Part shown: one piece after another, positions 23,156-45,670 of the stretch
Position numbering within the stretch: position 1 is the first letter of the stretch
How the letters are laid out: the number at the start of each line of letters is the position of its first letter
NCBI GenBank assembly: GCA_000708835.1
Contig: DF237044.1
Coordinates: 124,001-188,000 of the forward strand
DNA from: Klebsormidium nitens
Taxonomy: Eukaryota > Plantae > Klebsormidiophyceae
Length of the DNA: 64,000 nucleotides
Direction: 5' to 3'
Notes under the pieces: model-generated
Databases searched by the model: none
Seen by the model: only the letters and a program-made list of their open reading frames with translations
What the model was told of the DNA's origin: nothing
Translations under genes and position numbers: made by a program

Positions 23156-24594
23156 CTACCAATCAGGAGTGGTAAATAGCTTGCCAGGGGTCGACGTTGA
23201 GTCGCGCGTATAGAGATAGACGGTTGCGTCTGCTTCATCCAGCTCTTCTTGGCTAGTTAAGCAAGGGCCTCTGAAACCCGCTATGTATGGGGCGATGAAG
23301 AGGTAGAAGCCGTTCAACAGAAGCACGGCAAGGCTGAACATAAGCACGTAGTTCAACAATGTACTCGACCCAAAGAGGTACGGACGGCCAGAGTCAACGA
23401 ACGTGCGGTTACCCTGCATTTTGAATAGATTGGCAGACTTGGATTAGCAGAAAGCAGTTTAGGTTATTCAGAGAGACTACTTAAAAAGCACCACGTGAAT
23501 GACATCATGCTGTTTAAGTGCGGCCTCAGTGCAGCTGAAAAGCTTTGCCCTTATGCAGATTTCCAGAGACACGAAAGTTGGTCAGAAAACAATCCAAAAT
23601 CTTGCCCGACGAGCTCAGTGAGCATCAGCTATGAAAATACACTTTCATCGAAGAAATTTTGAGGGGTGCAGTCCCATCATTTAGGCGCAAAAATAGCATG
23701 ATTTCCAGGGGTTGTTCGAAGGAATGCGAAGTCAGCAGTGTTTCAGCATCTTGAGACGCACCTGTGCATAGCTGGTCCACGAGACGCCCAGAAAGGGGAC
23801 GTAGGTTGGTTCGAATCTCGTGTACAGCCCGGAATGATCTGGTAATTCTGCAAAGATTCAAGCTTTCTATTCAGGCTGAAGCCGCGCAGATCGCTGCTTC
23901 AATGACTCGGATGATATTGCAACATCATGAGGTGTCTGAAAAAGGGGATACTGCCCGCTAAGATCCAGGCACGTTGCATTTGGAATAGTGAATATGATTG
24001 CAACCCTTTACACGACATGCAAGTAGGTCGTGAGTTGCCTGACTATGCTGAATTGCAACGCTCAAGTCTGTAGTGCTCATCAGAAGATTTTATGTGGCCT
24101 TCCACGTGTGGTCAACCGATAAGACAAACAAGTAAAAGTAGATCCAAGATCAATGTAGAAAAGGAGCGTACCCCATCGTATACTCCAGTAAGCGGGGTTT
24201 TGGTGGGGCTCTGCTTACCTGCTGTAAGAGAGTCTAGAGATTCCCTCCACCCATTGCTCCAACCAAATAGATGGAAGCAAAAGTGTATCAGCAGATCCCA
24301 AAGAGAAAGCGGTCCTTTCCAAGCTGGGCTTGGTGTATCCCACTTTGAGTCCAGCATGAAGAGTGTGAAGAGCCCGATAAGGAAACAAGGCACCAACGCG
24401 AGAAAGTGCCAGTTGCGTCTTTCTAGGCTCCGAAAAGGCGGCAAACTTGGATATGGCCGAAAGGCGCGTTGCAATATCTTGTGGCTCCCATCTTCATTCT
24501 TCTCGACCGCGAGCATGGATACATCACTCAACCTGGTCTGTCTCAGAAACTCTTTCAAGGGTGGACGATAGTGCATCTCAACAAGCTGTACCAT
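23156..24594 (-). CDS. Hypothetical membrane protein; exon structure unresolved
   Basis: ORFs 24112-24594 (hydrophobic WHFLALVPCFLIGLFTLFML, strong CAG|GTAAG donor after 24219) and 23156-23413 (hydrophobic LLNYVLMFSLAVLLLNGFYLFIAPYI, atgcag acceptor). The phases do not join directly, so an intermediate exon would be needed. Confidence 0.3.
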
Positions 24595-25006
24595 GTTTAC
24601 AGCAAAAAGGAGCAGCCAACTTCTAGGCCTCTATCTCTTCCAAAGCTGGATTTGTAATCAACCTATGGCGTTCAGCGCTTAAAGCCGGCGCGCTTTATAC
24701 TTGAAAGATCTGACATTGGCAAGGCACCGCCCTATTAAGTGAGAACGTGAACCCAGAAGTACTGTAGGGACCTCAGCTAAGGTTCTCTGTCTGCTTCCCG
24801 GCCGCGCGTCTTCGTCTGCGCGGACGCGGCCGGGCGCACGGCACACCCGGTTCATCAACCGTCTCCGAGGGTTTTACGAGGGTTTCTCCAACCGTTAACT
24901 GGGGCGCGGGCGCGGGCGGCCGCGACCTTCCGCTTCCGTGCGTCACTGTCGTTCGTGTCGGGAGCAGATTCTTACTGTTAGCTTGTAAAAATCCTGAGAG
25001 AGGAGC

Positions 25007-25354
25007 ATGACGGGGGCCACGTGCCATGTGGAGAAAGAGGAGGCACGACCAGGTCCAAACTATGATCCGAAGTATGTTGTGTTTCTAAGGGGGCCTAACC
25101 GCCTTGGAGTTCTCAAGAAGTACGATCAGCGTGCATTCGCTTGGGTCAAGAGGCAAAGAGTCATTCTCTTGTTTCCCTTCGCATGCTGGGGGTATATTCT
25201 GTTTTGGTCATGTTTGGCAGTGAGGCAGAAGAGTGGTGCCCGGTATGCAGCTGGTAAGTTTGTAATTCTGCTGCATGATCCTACAGAAAGTATGGTACCT
25301 GCAAACACGGTTCGTCGTCCTATCGCCTTCGGTTGTGCCGTTGGCTTGGTTTAG
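25007..25354 (+). CDS. Hypothetical small membrane protein (first exon probably 25007-25254)
   Basis: ATG ORF with a hydrophobic segment VILLFPFACWGYILFWSCLAV and a CTG|GTAAG donor near 25255. Downstream exons not found. Confidence 0.25.
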   Translation: MTGATCHVEKEEARPGPNYDPKYVVFLRGPNRLGVLKKYDQRAFAWVKRQRVILLFPFACWGYILFWSCLAVRQKSGARYAAGKFVILLHDPTESMVPANTVRRPIAFGCAVGLV

Positions 25355-28300
25355 GCTTCTTATTTAACCTTTGGTTCCAGAATAAGGATCAGGAGGTCGG
25401 CAGGTTTCTTGTGAGCTGCCTTTATAATGGATACTACCGCAAGTTTGAGAATCTTATATTGACAATTGCAGTCTATGGCGTACTTATTTTAACATTGCAG
25501 TAAAGGTCATTCTTCAGAGACTTCGAAGTTGTGAGGGCCATATCAGGAAATGTATTTGCGATGGGAAATTAAGAGGGGGACTACAGAGAAGCAAGCACTA
25601 TATCATACCGCAGAAGAAACGTCACGCACTGCTCGCGTCTGCAATGTTTTGATGAGTTTTTGGTGGTCAGAATTACTGGGTCTGCAACCCGTTTTGTGCC
25701 GTTATTCTTTCTCAAGCTTTAAAACACAAATAGCTCGTTCATCTGCACTTCAATCGTATTTGAAGATGCCAATCTTGTTCCCATTTAATCCAACTCAAAA
25801 ATAACAACTTGGCAACTGGTCTGTGGCATGTAAACCCCTAATCTCACCTTCCCTTTGCAGCATCACAGACAGCGACCGATGAAGGTCAGGGCGTCTTGGT
25901 TCACAATCTGTGGATCCTGAATTGCCTTCGCCTTTCTTCACACGTCTTGGTAAGTAAGACCTGACTGCAAAATCAATGCCTTCACTGATGGGAAAAGGTG
26001 GTGCAGCTCTTATGCCCGCTAAGCGAGCGAGACTTTGATCTTGGTGATATGTAAACTTTGCCTTGTCTGCCAGCTGAGCCTTGTTTCCTGAGCGAACAAC
26101 CAGCATGGAATGAATTTGTCTTAATTTTACCTTCTTATGTTGACCAAATCCACGCAGGTTGATTCGCCATCTCAGTTACTCTGGTCTGCGCGAGCGATGA
26201 CGAGGGAGTTTTGCATCCAAGCCCTGGTAAGTGTTTCTGTATTTCTCCGCGTGGGTAATAATACACAGAGTACTAACAGATCTGACGAAGGCTGCTGTAA
26301 AGGGGTTCGCTTGTCTATTCGGCGCCAAGAAAGACGATTATACGGTTCTGGAAGCAGCTGCTTCGGTGAAAGAATCCGTATTCTAAGTGGTATGTCAACC
26401 TCAAGGGCGGACCTGCACAGTCAGACGATCATCTGTCGAGCACGTCAAGGATAGGAGATTGTACTTATTTCACTGAGGTATCTGCTGGCTCCAAAAAGCA
26501 GCAACGAATTTCATGCCCGGCAGAGAAATCGTCTGGAGTTGAGGTTTAGGGTATGCTTAAACAGTTCTCCATGAGACGACGCCAAGCCTCTTTCAGTGAT
26601 CCGTTAACAAAAGTTGTTGGCTTTGCAAACGTAGGTATTCTAAGATTGGCTGTGCTCTTCAACCTTTGTGATTTGTCTCTCACCAAGGCGCTGGAGTCTC
26701 AATAAGTTTGCCCAACACGGCAGGAACATGTTTCGGCCCGTCGCTCATTATAGGGATGCGATCGAAGTCGATGCAAAGAGCTGCGTAGCACTCTTTTGGA
26801 GGAACACTCGAGTCAATCATAGGGTTAGGAACTTACCTATCGGGTCATCACACGCCATTCTAGTAGTAAACTTGCATGTTAAGCAGAAGTTAGAGAGGCT
26901 TTGCGAGGTGACAAAGCGGCTAAGGTTGTTTCTATGCTCACTGGCAGCACCGTGACTTGACGCACCCAGCACGATGCGCCCGTAAAACCTTCAGAACGGT
27001 TTGACGGTTGGGCTCAGAATGCTAACATCGATATGGTAAGTCCATGTTCTCTTAGTCGGCCTATGCGCAGGAGTTCAGGAGGTACGCGTAAACAATTGAC
27101 AAATTCTGCTTTTTTAGTCCCAAAAACAACTCCCAAAGCCTAAGGAGAACGTAGAAGCGCTCTTTGAGAAGGTCTTCAGCTGCATCATTCAATTCAGTTC
27201 ATGTACCAATGGGCGCACTGGGCCAGCCTGTGCTGCCATTCATAGCTCGTGGGTACCTGCCGGGCAGGCACCCGGCCCGCGCAACGCCGCTCCGCAACGG
27301 CTCGGCCTTAAGATGCCCGGCGCTTAGTGAAGTCGATCAATGATCAGTCGGCTTGGCAGCTCAAACATGAATGGGACGAAATGCATCAAGCATTGAATGG
27401 ACCCTGCAAAATGAATGGTTCGGCTGGAGCAAATCAGGGACAGAAATAGAAAGTCGAAGCAGATGCGGTATGTAAGCCGGCCTGCATCCGTGCGCTGCAA
27501 GGTGGCCGCCTCAAGTTGCGCATGCACCCTACGAAAGGGTAATTGCATGCAAACCCTTTCAAGTTTCAATAAGACAGCCTGTACGTTAATTGCTCGTAAT
27601 AGAGCGTACCGTATTAGACGTTTGCTGCGGCGTGTTCAAGCCGAACTCAGCTAGTAAGGCTGCGCTGCACGGCGGCGCCGGCGGTTGCAGCGGGGGCCTT
27701 CAGTCTTAAGCCGCCTATATAGGTACGTTCCGGCCGACGGGAATCATTCATTAAATTCGTTCGATTGATCGAATCGTAATAGTGTATATACCGTGACGCA
27801 TATCAAAGCATTTGTAATCATTGAACTGTGCAGCTAGCTGCTTCTCCGGCCCACCGTCATGCAAGCGACTTTCTTGACCAAGTACGGTCGTCCGTCCTTG
27901 AGTAGAGCTACTAGTGCGTATTCAGGTCTTTTGGTTGAAGGCTACATGCTTGCAATCGTGCAAGTTTGATATTGACCGCCGGGCCGGCGCAGCTTACTGA
28001 TTGGCGCAACATCGTTCACCATCACGGATTGGCAGTACAGGACCGAACATCATAATATCTTATAATCAGAACGCGATCACAACGTGGCCTGCATTGGCAA
28101 CACCATCAGCTCAAGCAGGCTTGAAGGTCAATTCTGCATATTCAAAGTCGAGGACCCTGGAAAACTTCAAAAACGTTCAAAGCAAGAACGGGGCAAACAT
28201 ATTTTCGCTGTCTACATACCTGTTGCTAACAAGCTCTACGCCAAACCCGGTGACAACAGGGCTGAAGCGGCCCGCCAACTTCCACAAAACTTATCAGTCT

Positions 28301-28457
28301 TTGAAGCTGTACAGCTAAGACGCTAAGAAGTCAACGCGCTCTGCTCGTCCAATACTTTATCTCATATCTTCTCAAATCACGCCAACGACTGAAGTCACAA
28401 ATCAAAATTAATGATACGCCCTTGACAACTAGACCGAAAAATAAGTCCGTTTCATTC

Positions 28458-37347
<8,890 letters not shown>

Positions 37348-38736
37348 GGTGAAACTTGGCGGTCTGTCCACAAAGCTGGAAAAGAATAGATGGTTTGATC
37401 CTGTTGAAGAGATGCAATACTCACCAAGGACGATAAAAGGATGTAACGAGAAGAGGGGTGCTGTCAAAAAGAGAACAGGACGTGTAGAAGAGCTGGACAT
37501 GATCGGGGCAGCTATGAAAAGCTGATGGTTCTCAGGGCTTTACTTTGGGCAATGAACACAAATTGTATCAAAGTTTCTGTCTAGAGCAAGAAAAGGGCAT
37601 TCATTTGTGACCAACTGGTTACGAACAAAATTGTGGAACTGTAGAGGACGCTGCCTATGCAGAAGACGACACCGTACAACTTTTGGGAGAGAGAAGAAGA
37701 CTGTAGGCGACAAAGAAGTTGGTCTCATGTTATAAGTGGTGTTGTGGATACTCAACATCATATTTATGGACTCTCTGCCTTCTACTTGAAAGGGTGCCAT
37801 TTTGCGGCTGTGGAGTACTATCCTCTGACAGTGCAAGCAGAGACACTGCTCCTTGCAAGACTCGTTTGAAAGACAACGAAACAGGGAATTCTAGAATGCA
37901 GGGCCCATAGACCTCCAACTTTGAGACAACTGATGGGCATTTTAGGTTCAACAGCTTGAGCTTTTGCGTTTCAGAAGTGCTGCATGCACCCATCCTCAAT
38001 CAGATTATTGATTCTATCTTGCAGTGTCACGACTTAGATTGCACTGCAGAATCCAATGTGCGGTTACTCAAGCGTACCTAGCAACAGTGCTCCTGCCATT
38101 TGCTTGAAGATGACAATGCTTTAAAGACTTGTAAGACCTGACCCATTGTGACTTCTGGAGCATTCAGGATCTCAATCCTTGCTGCCTGTTGATAGTGGTG
38201 CGGCCATGTATTGAGAAGCAGCGAGGCTGTTCACGGCCCAAAAAGCACAGCAGGAAAGCCTGCTTCTTCAACGAAGCCTCACCTGTCGGTTATATCTTGC
38301 AGGGCAACTTGGAAGCAGAAGTGCTGCTGATGGTGGTGAGGAAGTAGGAAGTGGTGGCGATCAGAGCACCTCCAGAGCCGGATTCGCACCCGATCAAATT
38401 GCGGCCTGTATACTTACAAGTTACAAGATCATCTTGAAGATGACCAGCATTGCAGCAAGATCCACAATTGCGCGTCTGCTGAGGATAGCCAATTGGGAAG
38501 TTGAACTTGAAGAAGTTGAAGCAATATGCTAGAGCCTGCTTTCGGAAGGTTTACACGTCAGCACGTCGTCACGAACATCACTGTAGAAGCGCACGGCGTC
38601 GCGGCCGGGTTGTGCGTCGGTCTCCGACAGGGTTTAAAGGGGGGTTCCACATCTTGCACGGTGAGCTGGCGCAGCCTTTCAGGCAGGCTTTCAAGTTTCG
38701 ATCCAACCAGTGACCACCTTCTCGTGAAGTTCTACA

Positions 38737-40737
38737 ATGGCGGCCATTTGCCGAGCACAGAGGGTTTGCTTGCCCCCCTCCTTGCCTATCCTTTCAGGAG
38801 ACGGCCTGAAGAAGGACCCTTTTACCCATACAGCAGGTTGCTGCAGTTTCCCCAGCTTTCCGCCGTGCTTCAGAGGCAGATTTCCTCATTTCCAATCAGG
38901 ATTAGAAAGCACTGTCCGCCACCGCACGCATTTCACAATTCCCCTTCTACGGGACACCCCAACCAGGTTGCACAAAGTCTGCTCCATTCCAGAATCAAAT
39001 CAACCGCAGGTTTGTGGTTGTAAGTTTGTTGATCATAGTAGGTGCTTATCCTTTAGGAGAGCATGGCCTAGACGAAGGGACTCTAGACAGCGGCTAAGTA
39101 TCATTGTGCACGCGCTCCCTCCAATCAGGGACGAAGAAGCAGGGAAAGATCCGCAGAAGTTTATGGTGGAACTAGAGCGGGCGTGGCACATCTCCAAGGT
39201 GAATTGTCCAGAAAACCCTAAGAAATTTTTTGCCCTCTTCCCCTCCGCGTGGTGCTGGCTTTGTTTGGTGCATCATTCAGCCTGGACATGCAGTACTAGC
39301 TTATGAATTGAGCTCCGCCTATGGTTGATTCCGGGAGCACAAAGCCCTGAAGATCCTGGAGCCGAGAGATTCAAAAAAAAAAGGTTTGGATAATTGAGCA
39401 AGCCCTAAAAGTCTTGGAGCTGAGAGGTTCGTTGAGGTCAATTTTTGCATGAGAAACAAGTTTCAATCCTGTTGCCCTCGGCTGAGGACACTCACACTTA
39501 TCTGAACGTTGCTTTGGGGAGCCAAGGAACTTGAGCTATCTAGCTCGTGATCGCTGGTTTAACCTACTGTCTGTCATCGTAATGCCATCAATGTTCCAAA
39601 TCGACATTCCTGAGGTTGGTCAATTCAGGCGAGCTGCTCGGATGGCTTAAACGAAGATCGCATCCTTTTCCTTCCTTCGCAGCGGCCAAAGCCTGTCCCG
39701 TGCTCTACATGCTCAGCAGAGGGGGAGGTGGAGTGTCCGTGGTGCAACGGAACGGGGTTTCTCGTTCTGGGAGATACCATGGTCTGCGATGTCAACGATC
39801 ATGATCGCTCATGTAGAGTATGTCAAGGAAAGGTGGGCCACTGTCAAACCTGTCTTTGCCCCTTAGGCTTTATATCTTTTTTGACCGGGGGTTTCTTTGT
39901 TGTTGATACAAGGTCAGTGCAGCTTATCGCCCATTAGTCATTGGTATGTTGCCTTTCTAAGGGCCTTACAGTTATTGTCGCTTCTGGAAGGGCCATAGTG
40001 GTGTCGTCTTCTTGAATGTTTTAACGTGCCCAGACTCATCTGAAGAACACCGCAACATTCTTCCCTCACTGCTTTGGTCGGGCAGTTTTCATCCATTTCG
40101 AGCTCCAGCTCTCCTTTGGGAAAACTTTGCACCAGGAGTTGGCCAACCACTTCTCGAAACCAAGCTCATTCTGAGGAGGGGAGGAGAGGGTCTGCTTGCT
40201 TGTATATCAGCTACTATCCATCAAGCGGCCAGTCGAAATGTATAAGATCACTAGAATGTTGTTTGAAATGAGGATGATTTGCATCATCCTTTTCACGGCT
40301 CTTTACAGTTGCTGAGGATTCAAGCCGTAGTACTTGGCCATTCAGTCTGCTTCTCGCACTTTGAGTCTGGTGATTCTGACTAATCGAGTCTGAATTGGGT
40401 CAGTCAACGTCCCCGCAGGATTCCGTCTCGCATGAGCCTCCATCAATAGACCAGTCCTCTTTGGGGTGCGGATTGCATTGACAAATGTTCACATCATTTT
40501 CACTTCGATTGTGTTTCACATCGATTCGGATTCTTCCGCATTCGTACTCTAGCATGAATAACCTGCACAGATTTCCCTTCTGTTCATTGTGTGAGGTTTC
40601 TCGCCCTTACTATTTCATGCCACGGTTTGCAGGGATCAATAAAGTGCGATGATTGTAAAGGGACTGGCAAGCGGGCCGGCTGGTTGGAACGCGTCCCTCC
40701 TCACGATTCGGATGACCGCTTCCGCTTTCCTCGATAG
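38737..40737 (+). CDS. Plastid-type DnaJ-like cysteine-rich zinc-finger protein (resembles Arabidopsis At2g24860/Tsip1 type), 238 aa
   Basis: Exons 38737-39198, 39683-39832, 40633-40737 (phase 0). CSTCSAEG, CPWCNGTG, CRVCQGK|G and CDDCKGTG followed by RAGWLE. Long transit-like N-terminus. Confidence 0.82.
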
Positions 40738-41792
40738 TATTTTTCCAGCTGCAAGCACATTCTAGTTGTTGTAGAACAGCGGGTCAGTAGATTCCGGAAT
40801 TTATCTCCATCAGGAAGCGAGTTCAACAGTTTCCGCGGGTAGGCGTGCCCCGCGTCTGATGCAACGGTCGAGGTGAAGCGTAACCTTGAAGATGCCGCTT
40901 CAGGTGTGCCACCTTCGTTCGTAGACTTGTAGGCACGAGCAAATGGCTTTAGAATAGCCCATGTACAGACGAGCAAGTACCTTGATCTTTTTTTTTGCCT
41001 GATCCCCAGGCCGCCAGCATATTCATTTCCTGCGCTTTCTGCTGATTTCAAAACGGATAGATTGGAAGCAAGAGGTTACTTGTTTCGGCCCGCCCGGCCC
41101 ATGTGGTTTGCAAAAGAGCCTTGGCTCCAGAAGATTGAACGTCACCTAGCCTGCTCGCTGTCCAGATCGCAGTAGGCCATCTTCAAGGGATGTGATCACA
41201 TTCGATTCAATTCGTTGATTTTAATGATGCCAATGGCACCCATGGTCTGCCCCAAGCCATGGAACTAGCGCAGCTTGCGCTTATCCATGCAGCCTGAGCC
41301 TACATCAAATCCTCGTATACCGTGCTGCAGCTCATGATTGAGCTTCCTAAGAAAGTTTTTGCAGTGTTCACTTGCAAGCTGATCACGCATGTATGTCGGT
41401 GTCATGTCAATCCGCAATCCTCAGGCTGGAGGCCATGATTGTTTTCGACAATGACAACGAAAATTGCTGCGCGATCCAGATGCGGCGCTGGCAGATGATA
41501 CCGTTAAAGAAGAGTTGCTCGATCTTCAGGACAGCTACAACAGAGTTTTCAGAGCATCATCCCAACACGCATTCATAACATCTGGTCGTAGTGGTCGGAC
41601 CCGACAGCTTGTTGGCCATTGCAAAAGGCCGAAACTCGTTGATGACAGGCCATGCTAGTGTGTTCATGCATCATGTAACACTGCACGCTTGTGTGGCCGT
41701 AAAAAGCAGTTCTCTCGTGAATGGATAATCCGCAGTGCAATGAATCCATAGCTAGCTGTTCGGGACTAAGTCAGCAGTCAGACGTCAATTCT

Positions 41793-42428
41793 TCATTTCG
41801 ATTTCTTTACAGGATTCCTCTTAGCATATGCGTGCCACTTGTTCCATCTCTCCATGTCCGGCAGCCCGCATAAGAAACACGGCACAGCCCCCCTCCCGAA
41901 GCACATCTTACACCGGGCCCTCCCCACTCTATCTTTGACCCCTGCCCTGCCAGGCAGCGTGAGGTACTCTCCCTCACCCGCACACCGCCCGCACTGCATC
42001 CATCCTGATCGTACCCCGCACAAGCCACACCAACCGTCCTCTTTGTTTCCTAATGGCACTGGGTCTTTGTCCACATGGTAGCCTGTTGGGGGATAAGGGC
42101 CAAGCCTCTGCCACCGTGCTTTGATATTTACCTCAGGCTGCGGTGGAGTGGCTTGTTCTGACCCGCTTTTTGAATCATCAGGTCCTTCAGGAGCAGATCC
42201 CTTGGTCCCGTGAAGGGCACAAAAGGTGGTAGTTTTCAGATGAGGTGGTGGTCTTGCTAACCAGGTCCTATTTATCAGGATCTCTATTCTCCTGAATCTG
42301 CTCAATTGAGGAGTATATACATTTGGAGCTATGCTAATTATGCTTGTTCGCACTCTCTTCTTCAGGTAGACCTCTTGCAGGTCAGAGGGGAGGTGAGCTG
42401 CTGGCGACCAGCACTGTGAGCATGACAT
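41793..42428 (-). CDS. Intronless DnaJ-like zinc-finger protein with transit-like N-terminus, 211 aa
   Basis: CGLCG, CGRCAGEG, CKMCFGRG and CFLCG motifs in a single ATG ORF. Confidence 0.75.
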   Translation of the reverse strand: MSCSQCWSPAAHLPSDLQEVYLKKRVRTSIISIAPNVYTPQLSRFRRIEILINRTWLARPPPHLKTTTFCALHGTKGSAPEGPDDSKSGSEQATPPQPEVNIKARWQRLGPYPPTGYHVDKDPVPLGNKEDGWCGLCGVRSGWMQCGRCAGEGEYLTLPGRAGVKDRVGRARCKMCFGRGAVPCFLCGLPDMERWNKWHAYAKRNPVKKSK

Positions 42429-42576
42429 TGAGCAGCTCAGGAAGTGCCGCTGTTTTCAAAAGCTGCCATATTGATGCCCAAGCTTCTCTTTACTACTCTG
42501 TTCCAGAAAAGTCCTGCGCTCAATGTTTTCTTCTCAAAGACTCTAAACGTTACTAGTGCAGCCTCAGAAGCGGGTG

Positions 42577-42789
42577 TCACCAAAGCAGCAGGCAGGTCCC
42601 CATGATAAGGCAGCCCGCTCCCACCCAGGGGCTCAGCCGCTCTCCTATCCGAGCTGCCTTCCAAAAGAACCCCACAAAACCTGTCTTCTGTTTGAGCAAC
42701 TTCGGGAAGCTGATCTTGATGTAGGTGCAGGTGCAGATGAAGAGCAGGACCACGGTCAGGAAGGACTGGAAGTCAAACAGGGCGGACAT
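42577..42789 (-). CDS. TMEM167: Protein kish (TMEM167/Ksh1, DUF1242), 70 aa, intronless
   Basis: Family signatures [23 protein letters not shown] and [15 protein letters not shown]. Confidence 0.93.
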   Translation of the reverse strand: MSALFDFQSFLTVVLLFICTCTYIKISFPKLLKQKTGFVGFFWKAARIGERLSPWVGAGCLIMGTCLLLW

Positions 42790-43237
42790 GGTGGCGCCCT
42801 GCTTGAGCCAACTGCTGCTGAGCTCTGCTGCCTAGCTTTGCATCGAAATCCTCGGCAAAAATTCGAAGTCTTGACTAGGCAAGGAATGGGTTTATCAAAC
42901 CGTTTGAGCTTGCTGGGGTTGACGCTCTATGGCCGGTCAAATGACCGGCAGAGCGCTCAAATATTAACATTGGAAATGCGAGGCACACGTTTGCAAGTGC
43001 TTCCAGAAAACCGGGACGGCGCGGCAGCTGACGAATCCATGCCGGTTGGGTTCACTTGGATGCTGGTCAATGTTCTGGCTCACCACCACTGGCAGTGGCA
43101 GTGGCGGAGGGCCTGGGTTCGCAAAGTTTTCGGTTTGGTGGCCATTGTTGGGCTGGCCGCTGAAGGCTCTTCAGTTTTGGGCGCCATATTATTCGCAACG
43201 CAATGCTGCATAGCTGCCGCTGAAGCTGCAACTCAGA

Positions 43238-45020
43238 ATGGCCTTGTCACACGCTGCAGAGGTCTGTTCTTCTGGCTTGTTCTCAACCACCCAGAATTTC
43301 CACAACTCCGCCCGACCAGCTCAGCCAATTCCTCTTGCCAGCACTTTCTTCGGTAGCTCTCGCAAATTGGACCAGAAAACCTGGTCACTAATTACAGATG
43401 TGCAGAAGTCGCAGCGGAAGGGCAATGCCACACGAGCGTCAGCCGCCGGAAGCGGCAACTCGTTTGGTAGGTTCTTCAAAAAGGTGCTGAACAGCACGCC
43501 CATTCTTGGGCTTGTGTCAAACCTGGCTGTGGACGCAGGCAATTCCTTTGTGCACTACTCGCAGTTTGGCAGGCAAGTTGCAGACAAGGCAACACGGGCG
43601 ACGGACGAGGCGTTTGCGGATCTTGAGGCAATCCATGGGAAGGTAAGCTGCCGTCTTGACAAGCGGTCCCGAAATGCTACACAGCGTTGGTATTACGGCG
43701 CCGGCTGCTCTCCTTTGTGAACGTTTTTTCTAACAGGAGCACTGAAAGTTGATACTGCTCTGACTGTTAGGCAGCTCTGACGGAGACCATAATGCCCCAC
43801 ATCAGAAACTGCAATTGTAACCTTGGTGGAATCTCATCGAAGAAATTGCGGGACGACATCAGCCACCCTGCTGATCATGTAACTTAGTGCGCACTTGATC
43901 AGTGAGCGAAATGTCATACAGAGAAAGAACAACGGAACATTCTCCTGACGGGGCTCTAAGGGAGTGAGAGGCGCTGGAATTGCCTCTGAAGCAGCTCCCT
44001 TGTCGATTTGCATCTAACAATGTTTCCCGTCCTTCTTTGTAAAGAACCCGTTGTTTCTTGCGTTACCTGTTTCCATTGCTTCTCTAAACCGCGTCTACTT
44101 ACACCGTGAAGACAACAAGTCCAGCACCATTGGCAGGATGCTCACAAGATTGCTCCTGAATCCAAAGATTTAAACAGTGATGATCTGTTCTTCGAACCCC
44201 CCAGGCTCAGCTCCCTTTCAAATACCTTCTCTATTGTGGCACCTGTCCATTTGGAAAGTTTCTATTCCGCCTGACGTGTCTTACTGTCGCATGTCTTCCA
44301 GCCCGCCCGTTTCGGTCACGTCCTCTTCTGCTGCTGGATTGCCTCCTCTGGTGCGGGCCTTCTCCGGAGGGACGACGTCCTCGTTGCCGCCAAGCGGCTG
44401 CGCTACTCTTTGGATCTGCAGTTCGAAGTGGAGAATCAGGAGCGGCTTATGCAAGAGGCGGTAGCCAAGGTGAGATCAAGTTCTTGATCCACGCAAGAGT
44501 CGTGCTTTTGCGGTTTCAACCTGAGAGCAGAAACTTGTGGACAATGACAAGGACTTCTAAGACTTGAGCCCAGCGTATTTTTTCTTAAGTTCGAAGCCGT
44601 TTATGATTGTTCCTGTTCCTTCTGAGATCGGAGAACGGTTTTGTTGTTCTGTTCTTGGGAACAGCACAAGGACAGACGGGCCGCTCCATGGGATATTCGA
44701 GAGCCTCTTATACATCGCTCTGCGTGAGTTGCTTTGCCTGTTTCTAACATTTGAAAGTACACTTGTTGCAGGTTGAAAAATTGAAAAAGCCATTCCCAGA
44801 CCCTCCGCTAGTCGCACGAATGGACGTGGCAGTGCAGACCTTATGCAAGTGCTGTATAGGCCGAGACTATATCTCAGAAGAAGACAGCAGAATACTTCAG
44901 TTAGTCTTGAAGGCGTGCTTTTCGGAGGCAACGAGTCCAATGATCGAGGATGTGCTGAGGCCATATCTAGAGCGGGACAACGAAGTCGAGATATCTAGTT
45001 CAGATGCTGTAACAACTTGA
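43238..45020 (+). CDS. PSA3: Photosystem I assembly factor PSA3 homolog, 273 aa
   Basis: Exons 43238-43642, 44302-44469, 44772-45020 (phase 0). Segments LFCCWIASSGAGLL, LRYSLDLQFE and CKCCIGRDYISEEDSRIL match my recollection of Arabidopsis At3g55250, including the paired cysteines. Transit peptide present. Confidence 0.8.
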
Positions 45021-45670
45021 CCACGGGCTGACTCGCGTCGGACCGTCCGGCTAAAGAGGACTGCATTGAAAGACGTTGGGAGTACCACTTATTATCTATC
45101 ACTCCGATTCATTCATCCACTCCGCCCAACCTTGGATTCATGGCCCAATTGCATGAGAGCGCTAGGCGCAGTGAATGCATTCGAGGCCAGACCAGACGTA
45201 CTGGGCAGGGTAGTGGCAATTCTAAGTAGATGTCCTAGTGCAACAGCCAAGGATGCAACATTTCTATGCAGGAGGCGCGGAGGCGCGCGGGAAACGTACA
45301 TGTACGTGCCAATCATTTCAATGCATGCACGGTTCAGTCTCTAGCTACGGTCACGTAAAGTAGACGCGTACTGCGTCACTCGCAAGCGATTGGCCTGGGC
45401 CGGCGGTGCTTATTTCAAACGGCCCCCGGCCCCAGAAGACGAGAATGGGTCAATCGGAATCACCGACGCTTCAATCGCAAACACAAATCGATCCCACTGC
45501 TTAACCTCGAGTTCCATTTTGAATCATCCACGCTGCCGGAATCATCCGACTGCCCCTGAACCAATTCTGCCAACAAGAGTAATTGTAGACACTCCAGCAT
45601 TTCAAGGCTTATTTCATGTTAGATAAGCGCGAGCACCAAATGCTACCTCTGGACTCAAAGTCCATGTTGT

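Noticed and set aside
38737-42428. PSA2 next to PSA3
   Set aside because: Neither DnaJ-ZF protein has the PSA2-type sequence between and after the CxxCxGxG repeats as I recall it.
42556-43356. 266-aa plus-strand ORF
   Set aside because: It overlaps kish antisense and the kish/PSA3 promoter, ends out of frame inside PSA3, and has no recognisable domain.
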